Assembly (NCBI RefSeq): GCF_018336915.1
Contig: NZ_CP064923.1
Span: 2,610,001-2,642,000 of the forward strand
Reading direction: 5' to 3'
DNA from: Acaryochloris marina S15
GTDB taxonomy: Bacteria; Cyanobacteriota; Cyanobacteriia; Thermosynechococcales; Thermosynechococcaceae
Length of the DNA stretch: 32,000 nt
Made by a program: the position numbers and the translations under genes. Positions 1-8,800 of the stretch are shown here, piece after piece (the first letter of the stretch is position 1; each line of letters begins with the position of its first letter). The notes beneath the pieces were generated by a model that was given only the letters and a program-made list of their open reading frames with translations, was not told the DNA's origin and made no database searches.

Positions 1-3000
1 ATTCTCTACGGTTCCAACAACCAGGCTATTACAAGTAGTTCCCTAGGGTCTGATTTCGTAGCAACCTTGCCCGCCGATGGTGATTACTTACTGGTACTGA
101 ACGGGTCTCAGTTCAACTCAGGCAATCCCATTGACTATAGCTTCCAAATAGTTTCTCCAGCATCATTCTCTACTGCCCTCACATTTGATCAGGCACTCAG
201 TGATACTCTTGGCCTCGGAGAGATTCAAGAGTTTACGTTTGATGGAACCTTTAACCAAAGACTATTTATTAATGATTTAGGGAGTTCATTCTCTAATGGT
301 ACTTGGAATTTATTGGGGCCAAATGGTCAAATAATTACGAGTAACTTTTTGAGTAGGGATTTTGAGGTGACTCTGCCTGAAAGTGGTATCTATACCCTAT
401 CTCTAACCAATAATAGTTCTGGGCCACTTACCTATAACTTCGAGGTTATCACACCTGAGACGCAAACCAGCTCTATAAGCCTGGGTGCAGCGGCTGGGGA
501 AGGTACACAATTCACCTATGATTCAACCTTCAATCAGATAACTAGCATCACCGATGAACTGGGCCGACTCACTTTATTTGATATTGATTCCAATAACGGG
601 AACGTCCTCTCTATTACCCAAGTTATCAGTGATATAGGCGGAGGTGACGATCTGATTTCGCAGTTCACCTATACGGCTGAAGGTTTAGTTGATCTACAGA
701 CTGATCCCCTGGGTCGAGTCACTGACTTTGACTATGATGCTTTTGGAAGAGTCACTTCAATCACTTTTGCCCAAGGGACTGCCGATCAGGGTATACAGCA
801 ATTTGAATATGACGCTGCAGGTAATGTCAGTGTAACGATTGATGAGAATGGAAATCGCACGGTCTTTGATTATGATGCCCTTAACCGTTTAGAACGTCTC
901 ATACAAGCTGATCCAGACGGAGCAGGACCTTTAACATCGCCAATAAATCTCTTTGAATATGATGATGCAGGTAACCTTGTTGCCACAACAGATGCCTTAG
1001 GGAATATAACCACTAATACCTACGATAATTTGGATCGGTTGATTAGTAGCCTAGATGAATTGGATAATCTGACTCAATTTGGCTATGACGCACTGGGTAA
1101 CTTAACTTCCATCATTGATCCTTTGGGGAATGAAACTGTTAATCAATATGACGCTCGTAATCGACTGATTGAGACCGTGGACCCTGGTGATGGAGTGACT
1201 ACTTTTGGTTATGACTTGGATAATAACCTCACTTCTGTCGTTGATTCAGTGGGGAATGAAACCATGTTTATCTATGATGCTCGTAATCGTCTAATTGAGG
1301 AAATCGATCCATTAGGAAACTCCATCGTCAATGAGTACGATGTGGTTGATAATCTGCTCGCTGTCACTGATCGCAATGGCCGTTCAACACAGTTTGTCTA
1401 TGATGATGTCGATCGGTTGGTTACCGAGACCTGGGTTGGAGATACACAAGTCATAAACTACGCCTATGATAAGGTGAGCAATCTGACTTCCGTATCAGAT
1501 TCCTTCAGTGCCCTGGCCTATACCTATGACAATAGAGACAGAATCTTGTCAGTGGATAATGCGGGTACACCAAATGTACCCAATGTTGTTCTCAACTATA
1601 CCTATGATGCGGTGGGTAATATCCTTACGATGAGTGATGTAATCGATGGGGTAGAGGAAGGAACGAATACCTATGTTTATGATGCACTCAATCGGCTTAC
1701 TGAACTCACTCAATTGGGTAATGGAGTTAGCGATAAGCGGGTTGACTTTGGCTATAATGCACTGAATCAATTTACCTCCATCGATCGGTATTCTGATCTT
1801 GGTGCCACTCAGCTTGTCACAGGTACAAGTTACTCCTATGACAACCTCAATCGGTTAACCAATCTCGCTCACAATAATGGCATTGCTGACATCGCATTTT
1901 ATAACTTCACCTATGATCAGGACAGTCGGATTACCCAGATTGTCGATGTTGATGGTACGACAAATTACACTTATGATGACCGGAACCAACTGACAGGTGC
2001 TGATCATAGTGATGTAAATAATCCCGATGAAACTTACACTTATGATGCCAATGGCAACCGAATTAGCTCCAGTTTGCATGGCAATGGCTATGTCACAGGA
2101 GATGGAAATAGACTTCTCTCAGATGGGACATACAACTATGATTATGACGATGAAGGAAACCTCATTCGTCAAACTGAAATTGCTTCAGGAGAAAGTCGAG
2201 AGTTTGAGTGGGATTACCGGAACCGACTTGTAGCTGTAATCGATAAGGATGATGCGGGTGTTGAAACCCAGCAAGTTGAATACACCTACGACGTGTTCGA
2301 TCGGCGTATTGCCAAAGACGTGGACAATAATCTGCTAGATGTTAATGAAGGAATCATTACTCATTTCGTCTATAACAGGTCTGAAGTGGTGTTTGACTTT
2401 GTTGATATAGATGGAAGCATTGGGGGTAGTGAGCCTGTCCTAGCGCAACGTTATCTTCATGGTCCAGGTGTTGATCAAGTAATTGCTCAAGAGAGCACTA
2501 CAGGGAATATCTTATGGCAATTAACTGATCATCTTGGAACAGTACGGGATTTGATAAATAGCAATGGCATAGTGGAAAATCACATTATCTATGACTCTTA
2601 TGGAAATGTATTGGTAGAGTCAGATACAACGTTTAATTCTCGTTATAAGTTCACAGGTCGAGAGTTAGATGTTGAAACTGGGTTATATTTCTATCGGTCA
2701 AGGTACTATAACTCATCTATTGGTAGCTTCATAAGTGAAGACCCAATTGGCTTCAATGCTACTGATTCAAACTTCTACCGTTATGTTTTTAATTCTCCTG
2801 TTAGATTTAGAGATCCTTCTGGGAACATTTTACCTTTCCTAGCCGCTGGAGTAGCGAGTGGTTTATTTGATGTAGCATTTGATGTTATTGATAAAAGCTT
2901 ATCCGGCAAAGAAATTAAGTCGATAGATTTAGCAAAAACCTTTATTGCTGGCACTACAACATCGTTTGCTACTGGAGGATTAGATAAGATTAAGAAAATT

Positions 3001-3351
3001 GGAAAATTAGGTAAATTCATAGGTGAAACCGTAGTAAATACGTCTGGCGATATCTTTAAAGATGGAGACAATTTTGATCTATGTAAGAGTATTTTCTCTC
3101 AAGGAGGTGGAAAGCTAGGTGGGGAACTAGGCAAAGCTTCATTTGTACGTAAGATACAAAATAGGAGGTTTAATAATTTATTAAAAGAAGTGCAAAATGC
3201 TCAACCCAAAGAGCTTTCTGATATTCTAGATGTTGATGATGTATTCAATACAGTACTTCCTGCCAATAAATTAACTGATGCAACAATTGGAGGTTTTTTT
3301 GGTAGTAAGATTGGAGGTATTGCTGCAGGAAAAACCGTTGACAATTTCTAA
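1..3351 (+). CDS. RHS/YD-repeat polymorphic toxin protein (5' end lies off-window)
   Basis: Frame 1 is open from base 1; the listed start at 67 is a TTG with no upstream stop. Many YD-repeat units are present (FEYDAAGNV, FDYDALNRL, YTYDANGNR, YDYDDEGNL and others). The RHS core-closing motif PVRFRDPSGN (D at nt 2812) is followed by a non-repeat tail. The N-terminal visible part holds two ~110-aa beta-sandwich-like repeats (GDYLLVLNGS..YSFQIV and GIYTLSLTNN..YNFEVI). Confidence 0.9.
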   Translation: MLYGSNNQAITSSSLGSDFVATLPADGDYLLVLNGSQFNSGNPIDYSFQIVSPASFSTALTFDQALSDTLGLGEIQEFTFDGTFNQRLFINDLGSSFSNGTWNLLGPNGQIITSNFLSRDFEVTLPESGIYTLSLTNNSSGPLTYNFEVITPETQTSSISLGAAAGEGTQFTYDSTFNQITSITDELGRLTLFDIDSNNGNVLSITQVISDIGGGDDLISQFTYTAEGLVDLQTDPLGRVTDFDYDAFGRVTSITFAQGTADQGIQQFEYDAAGNVSVTIDENGNRTVFDYDALNRLERLIQADPDGAGPLTSPINLFEYDDAGNLVATTDALGNITTNTYDNLDRLISSLDELDNLTQFGYDALGNLTSIIDPLGNETVNQYDARNRLIETVDPGDGVTTFGYDLDNNLTSVVDSVGNETMFIYDARNRLIEEIDPLGNSIVNEYDVVDNLLAVTDRNGRSTQFVYDDVDRLVTETWVGDTQVINYAYDKVSNLTSVSDSFSALAYTYDNRDRILSVDNAGTPNVPNVVLNYTYDAVGNILTMSDVIDGVEEGTNTYVYDALNRLTELTQLGNGVSDKRVDFGYNALNQFTSIDRYSDLGATQLVTGTSYSYDNLNRLTNLAHNNGIADIAFYNFTYDQDSRITQIVDVDGTTNYTYDDRNQLTGADHSDVNNPDETYTYDANGNRISSSLHGNGYVTGDGNRLLSDGTYNYDYDDEGNLIRQTEIASGESREFEWDYRNRLVAVIDKDDAGVETQQVEYTYDVFDRRIAKDVDNNLLDVNEGIITHFVYNRSEVVFDFVDIDGSIGGSEPVLAQRYLHGPGVDQVIAQESTTGNILWQLTDHLGTVRDLINSNGIVENHIIYDSYGNVLVESDTTFNSRYKFTGRELDVETGLYFYRSRYYNSSIGSFISEDPIGFNATDSNFYRYVFNSPVRFRDPSGNILPFLAAGVASGLFDVAFDVIDKSLSGKEIKSIDLAKTFIAGTTTSFATGGLDKIKKIGKLGKFIGETVVNTSGDIFKDGDNFDLCKSIFSQGGGKLGGELGKASFVRKIQNRRFNNLLKEVQNAQPKELSDILDVDDVFNTVLPANKLTDATIGGFFGSKIGGIAAGKTVDNF
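2827..3351 (+). other. Variable C-terminal tip (putative toxin domain) of the RHS protein, family not recognised
   Basis: 174 aa follow DPSGN. YD periodicity is lost and the sequence becomes visibly more AT-rich. GxxxG strings occur (AAGVASG, GGFFGSKIGGIAAG) around a K/G-rich middle. I could not see any known catalytic motif. Confidence 0.5.
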
Positions 3352-3433
3352 GGAAATTATCAACATAGCCGAAATTTTCAGGAGTGGTTGGCCAAATTGA
3401 GAGTGATCTGATTTTTGTGTAATCGTTTTGAGG

Positions 3434-3925
3434 TTAAAGGCAAAAGCGTTCTGGAAACAGAATAGCAAAATGCGACAGAGCTGCTCGCCAATTCTTGATG
3501 GGCCGATTCCACTTTTTAGCAATGTTGTTCATTGCCAAGTACATCAGCCTGAAAACGGTATCTTCATTAGAAAAAACAGCCTTGGTTTTGATCACCTTAC
3601 GCAATGAGCGGTTGACTGATTCAATCGGGAGCATGTCACCTTTGCAAGCTAGTATTTATACTCATTTCAGAAATCTTTGCTAGCCTTGCTTTTCAGATAT
3701 CAAACTTTTAATTCCAGATTTTATGCATCTGCAAAGGTGACATGCTCCCGATTCAATCGCATTGGTGGTGTAAATAACGCGGCGGATTTCCATCGGGTAG
3801 TCGAATATCGGAATGACGTTTTCCCAGTGTCGAATCCATATTTGGCTAACCGCTGGGTAAAGGGTGTCCCATGTTTGAGCAAAGGCATCAAGGGCGGCTT
3901 CTGACTCAGCCCAATCTTCGAAAAT
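3434..3925 (-). pseudogene. IS256-family (Mutator-type) transposase, C-terminal ~130 codons only, interrupted by a MITE
   Basis: The minus-strand translation is ..EDWAESEAALDAFAQTWDTLYPAVSQIWIRHWENVIPIFDYPMEIRRVIYTTNAIES | VNRSLRKVIKTKAVFSNEDTVFRLMYLAMNNIAKKWNRPIKNWRAALSHFAILFPERF*. This matches the conserved IS256 C-terminal block (YTTNxIESxNRxxRK..KKW..NW). An in-frame stop lies upstream near 3930, so the N-terminal two-thirds are missing. Confidence 0.8.
3627..3749. mobile_element. 123-bp MITE-like element with perfect 20-bp terminal inverted repeats and a 9-bp target-site duplication
   Basis: The TIRs are GGGAGCATGTCACCTTTGCA (3627-3646) and TGCAAAGGTGACATGCTCCC (3730-3749). They are flanked by GATTCAATC at 3618-3626 and 3750-3758. 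Deleting the element plus one duplicate restores the IS256 reading frame (..NAIESVNR..). Confidence 0.8.
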
Positions 3926-4672
3926 TATTAGCGTTGTTAGGGTGAGTCAGGGTTCTAATTTGTAGGGAAAGATGAAAGAGTTGTTCAACGAGCCTTAAAT
4001 CTAGACCGTAGTCAAAATGATTCCATGCCTTTCCTAGCTAGACTTTGGAGGATTGGCGACATCATAAAAGATTTTTATACTAAATTGCCCTATATCGCAA
4101 CCTCGGCCTTTCTATACCTTGATGATTTACTGGCCTGGATTATTCATGACTATTTGGGCAATTCCTCGAACACGTTTCTAATGGATTAAACGCAGCACCT
4201 GCCTGAAATACAGCTTGTTTCTAGAAGTGTCCCTGTAGTCAGTGTTTGAAGCCCGAATGATTTATGAGGGCTAGATACTGAGTTTATGAAAATACGCAAT
4301 ATAAAAATCAGATAAAACGTATCGATCACATAACTTTAAAAAAAATAATATTCTGTCAGTGAAAAATACTTACAAAAAATGACTTTAAAAATACTAATAA
4401 ATGACTTATTTTTATCTCAAAGCTAAATAAATATGTTATAACTTGAAAACAGAGTAAATAAATAATAGTTTCCCATCAAATATTTAGTCCAGTTTCTATC
4501 TCTGTTGAATCTGAAATGTATTGCCTTCTTCCTTAAATAGATTTAGCTCTTTATAAGGTTTAACTATATAAGAAGTATACAAATATCAATTTTATTGTGT
4601 AATCGTTCCCTTGATTTTTGAAGTAAATAAGTTAGGCACTGGAGTGCAGGTTTAGCAAGGGTTTTATCTATT

Positions 4673-5833
4673 GTGAAAGTAATCATTAATGCGTTGCACA
4701 GAGCAACTAGGCCCACAGGTGTGTGCAGATACGCTTTTAATCTAGCTATTGACTTATCAAGCTTGAGCAATATTGAAGAAGTTGTTCTACTTGTTGGTAA
4801 ATGGCAAGAATGTTACTTCTATTCCTCATTTGAAGTAAATAAAAGTAAAATTAAAATTGTGGCTATTGATATAAAAAATAATGCCCTTTCCAGAAATTTT
4901 TGGTTTTTACTTAGCCTCCCTAAGATAGTAAAGAAATTAAGAGGAGATCTTTTACATCTATCTTTCCCTATTCCAGTCGTAGGACACTGGATGAAAGTAC
5001 CTACTTATGTTACTGTTCATGACTTATATCCCTATGACATTCCAGAAAACTTTGGTTTTCCAAGAGTCTACTTCAATAGACTTTTTCTATTGATGAGTGT
5101 AAAGACTATTGAGAATATAGTTTGTGTTTCACATACAACAAAAAAACGATTAATACATTATTTCCCTCAAGAGTGTAAAGAAAAAAAAATATCAGTTGTT
5201 TATAATACAGTTAAGTTTTCGAGTGTCAAAGAGGTAGAGCCAAATTTTCTTTCTCACCTTCAATATTCTCCATTTTTTCTGTGCAATTCTCAACATAGAA
5301 AAAACAAAAATATTCCTCTTATACTTGAAGCTTTTTCAGACTTGCTTTTATCTAGAAAAATTAACTCTAAAACATTCTTATTGATTGTTGGCTCTAAAGG
5401 ACCTGAAACTGAAAAAATCTCCAAAATGTTATGGGATTTTCGAATTGATAAAAATACTATTTTCGTAGATTCTATTACTGACAATGAGCTGGCATGGTTA
5501 TATAAAAAATGTCAATTATTTATTGCGGCTTCTAGCTGTGAGGGTTTTTGCATTCCTTTGGCAGAAGCGTTGTTATTTTCAACAAATGTAGTATGTTCAA
5601 ATATATCGATATTCAAGGAAATTGGAGATAATAGCTTTACATACTTTGATCTGGATAAAAATGCATCTCATAATTTAGCAAAAGCGATAGAAAATTCATT
5701 GAATTACAAAGTTTTTAAGAACACAGTTGTTCAAGATAGTGTTAGTAAAAACAGAAATCTGTTTCTTAGTTCTGCAGATAAATATGGAGATTTATATAGC
5801 AGAAGTTTAGTGAATACTCCTACCTTTCAATAA
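4673..5833 (+). CDS. Glycosyltransferase, GT1/GT4-type (GT-B fold)
   Basis: 386-aa ORF with a GTG start. It carries the C-terminal GT1 signature EGFCIPLAEALLFSTNVVCSNISIFKEIGDNSFTYFD (the EX7E-type region). The gene is strikingly AT-rich compared with its neighbours. Confidence 0.8.
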   Translation: MKVIINALHRATRPTGVCRYAFNLAIDLSSLSNIEEVVLLVGKWQECYFYSSFEVNKSKIKIVAIDIKNNALSRNFWFLLSLPKIVKKLRGDLLHLSFPIPVVGHWMKVPTYVTVHDLYPYDIPENFGFPRVYFNRLFLLMSVKTIENIVCVSHTTKKRLIHYFPQECKEKKISVVYNTVKFSSVKEVEPNFLSHLQYSPFFLCNSQHRKNKNIPLILEAFSDLLLSRKINSKTFLLIVGSKGPETEKISKMLWDFRIDKNTIFVDSITDNELAWLYKKCQLFIAASSCEGFCIPLAEALLFSTNVVCSNISIFKEIGDNSFTYFDLDKNASHNLAKAIENSLNYKVFKNTVVQDSVSKNRNLFLSSADKYGDLYSRSLVNTPTFQ

Positions 5834-5864
5834 AAGCCTTTAGCAATTCTTATGGAATAAAGGG

Positions 5865-8800
5865 ATGAATATTTTAATTGAAGCAGAAAGTTATATCGGT
5901 GGCACTAATGGCGTTGAATATTTCGATACTTCGGCGGGTAACGGTGGCAACGCAAACCAATTTGCGGATGATGTAGATGTTCAGATTACTGATGACGTAG
6001 CAGGAGACTACCATCTCACAAAAATCAAGCCTGGAGAGTACTTAACCTACCAAATTGATATAGCCAATTCCGGTGAATATAACTTAGTCGCGCGTATTGC
6101 AAGTGGCCTAAATAATCGCAAGGTCGAAATCACGTTAGGTGGACAGACTTACAACTTAGATTTCGACAGTACTGGGGGAGCTTGGGCTGATGTTATCCTA
6201 CCGAGTATATTTTTGGATGCCGGTTCACAAGAGCTGCGGGTAGATGTGGTCAAAGGTGCCTTTGAACTCAACTATTTTGAACTGCAGCCAGTTGGAGGGA
6301 TAAGCCCAGACACAGACGCACCGACAGCAAGCTTGAATGCAAGTGACATCATGACTGCAGGTGGGACAGACTATAGCTTTACAGTGAGTTATAACGATGC
6401 TACTGGTCTTGATGAGGCAACAATTGATACAAATGACATCACAGTAATAGGGCCAAATGGTGCTTTACCTGTGACTTCAGTAGTAAATAATGCCGATGGC
6501 ACTGTTACCTACACAATAAGTGCCCCAGGGGGATCTTGGGATGAGGCTGATGATGGTTCTTATACCGTGACGCTTCAAGCCGGAGAAGTCGCCGATGTTC
6601 TCGGTAACATTGTGCCGGAGCTGTTATTGGGAACCTTTGCAGTGAATATTGCAAACCCTCCACCTCCTAGTCCTAACCTTCGTATTGAAGCAGAAAGTTA
6701 TATCGGTGGCACTAATGGCGTTGAATATTTCGATACTTCGGCGGGTAACGGTGGCAACGCAAACCAATTTGCGGATGATGTAGATGTTCAGATTACTGAT
6801 GACGTAGCAGGAGACTACCATCTCACAAAAATCAAGCCTGGAGAGTACTTAACCTACCAAATTGATATAGCCAATTCCGGTGAATATAACTTAGTCGCGC
6901 GTATTGCAAGTGGCCTAAATAATCGCAAGGTCGAAATCACGTTAGGTGGACAGACTTATAACTTAGATTTCGACAGTACTGGGGGAGCTTGGGCTGATGT
7001 TATCCTACCGAGTATATTTTTGGATGCCGGTTCACAAGAGCTGCGGGTAGATGTGGTCAAAGGTGCCTTTGAACTCAACTATTTTGAACTGCAGCCAGTT
7101 GGAGGGATAAGCCCAGACACAGACGCACCGACAGCAAGCTTGAATGCAAGTGACATCATGACTGCAGGTGGGACAGACTATAGCTTTACAGTGAGTTATA
7201 ACGATGCTACTGGTCTTGATGAGGCAACAATTGATACAAATGACATCACAGTAATAGGGCCAAATGGTGCTTTACCTGTGACTTCAGTAGTAAATAATGC
7301 CGATGGCACTGTTACCTACACAATAAGTGCCCCAGGGGGATCTTGGGATGAGGCTGATGATGGTTCTTATACCGTGACGCTTCAAGCCGGAGAAGTCGCC
7401 GATGTTCTCGGTAACATTGTGCCGGAGCTGTTATTGGGAACCTTTGCAGTGAATATTGCAAACCCTCCACCTCCTAGTCCTAACCTTCGTATTGAAGCAG
7501 AAAGTTATATCGGTGGCACTAATGGCGTTGAATATTTCGATACTTCGGCGGGTAACGGTGGCAACGCAAACCAATTTGCGGATGATGTAGATGTTCAGAT
7601 TACTGATGACGTAGCAGGAGACTACCATCTCACAAAAATCAAGCCTGGAGAGTACTTAACCTACCAAATTGATATAGCCAATTCCGGTGAATATAACTTA
7701 GTCGCGCGTATTGCAAGTGGCCTAAATAATCGCAAGGTCGAAATCACGTTAGGTGGACAGACTTACAACTTAGATTTCGACAGTACTGGGGGAGCTTGGG
7801 CTGATGTTATCCTACCGAGTATATTTTTGGATGCCGGTTCACAAGAGCTGCGGGTAGATGTGGTCAAAGGTGCCTTTGAACTCAACTATTTTGAACTGCA
7901 GCCAGTTATAATCGGCAGTTCACCGATTGCAGAAGAGATTCCTGACATAGTTGTGCTTGAAGACGCAAGCGATAGCAATATCGACTTATTTAACGTCTTT
8001 GATGACGCACAAGATAGTGACTCTGATCTAGCTTTCGTCGTCCTAGATAACTCTAACCCTAACTTAGTTTCCACAAGCCTCGCGGGTGGCACATTAACGC
8101 TAGATTACTCCGCCGTTGGCACTGGAGAAGCAAACATCACTATTAGGGCAACTGATACAGATAGTAATCCTACAGAAACGACTTTCACAACTACAGTTGT
8201 AACTCCACAGGCAAACGATGGGGTCATACGTATAAATGCTGGTGGCGATGCTGTCTATAACGATTTAGGACATCTCTTTCAAGCAGATACCTATAACGCT
8301 GGTGGTCAGGCTGTTAGTATTCTTAGCACTCAAGCAATCGCCAATACCAAATCCGACACCCTGTACCAGACTCAGCGACAGGGTGGCAATTTTACTTACA
8401 GTATTCCAGTAGCCAATGGCAACTATTTTGTCAACGCTCATTTGGTCGAGTGGGAAGCTACCGATTACAACCAGCGTTTGTTTGACATTACAGTCGAAGG
8501 GCAAACCTACTACGAGGACCTTGATGTCTACGGCGAAATCAAGAACGCCTTTTTGGCAGGTGAAAACACGGCTAAAGTCATTCAGGGGCCGGATAAAAAC
8601 ACGTCGATTATCGCCACAGTTGACGATGGTACTCTTGATATCAACTTCACGGCTAACCTAGGCGAAGCAACAATTGCGGCGCTGGAAATTGTCCCGGTTG
8701 GCCCCGGTTGGTTGGTACGAGAAACCAACGGAAATACCCAGGTGACTGAGGGCGCAACGGTAGATTCCTACACCATTGCATTGACGACTCAACCCACGAG

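Noticed and set aside
1549-3071. ORF-track entries inside the RHS gene (1549-1770 -, 1855-2079 -, 2027-2233 +, 2781-3071 -)
   Set aside because: They lie wholly inside the strongly supported YD-repeat reading frame. They have no motifs and their composition is typical of antisense or off-frame translation.
3271-3904. ORFs 3271-3522 -, 3495-3683 + and 3677-3904 +, and the 66-aa ORF 3434-3634 - as an independent gene
   Set aside because: All are explained by the IS256 transposase remnant and the MITE. The 66-aa ORF is the transposase C-terminus with an artificial ATG supplied by the MITE inverted repeat. The + strand ORFs are antisense to it.
3415-4607. 13-bp direct repeat TTGTGTAATCGTT at 3415-3427 and 4595-4607 as possible element boundaries
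   Set aside because: Several 13-mer coincidences are expected by chance in 32 kb. The repeats are direct rather than inverted, and nothing else about the flanks matches.
4564-4770. 68-aa minus-strand ORF overlapping the start of the first glycosyltransferase
   Set aside because: It lies in extremely AT-rich DNA, overlaps a well-supported gene, and has no recognisable features.
6624-7628. Two identical 65-aa minus-strand ORFs (6624-6821 and 7431-7628)
   Set aside because: They are exactly 807 bp apart, so they are by-products of the tandem repeat on the antisense strand of a well-supported CDS.
5877-7907. Possibility that the long repeats or the 22-bp repeats at 24519-24584 are a CRISPR array
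   Set aside because: The 807-bp units are contiguous coding repeats with no spacers. The 22-bp repeats are imperfect and abut each other without spacers. No cas genes are present.
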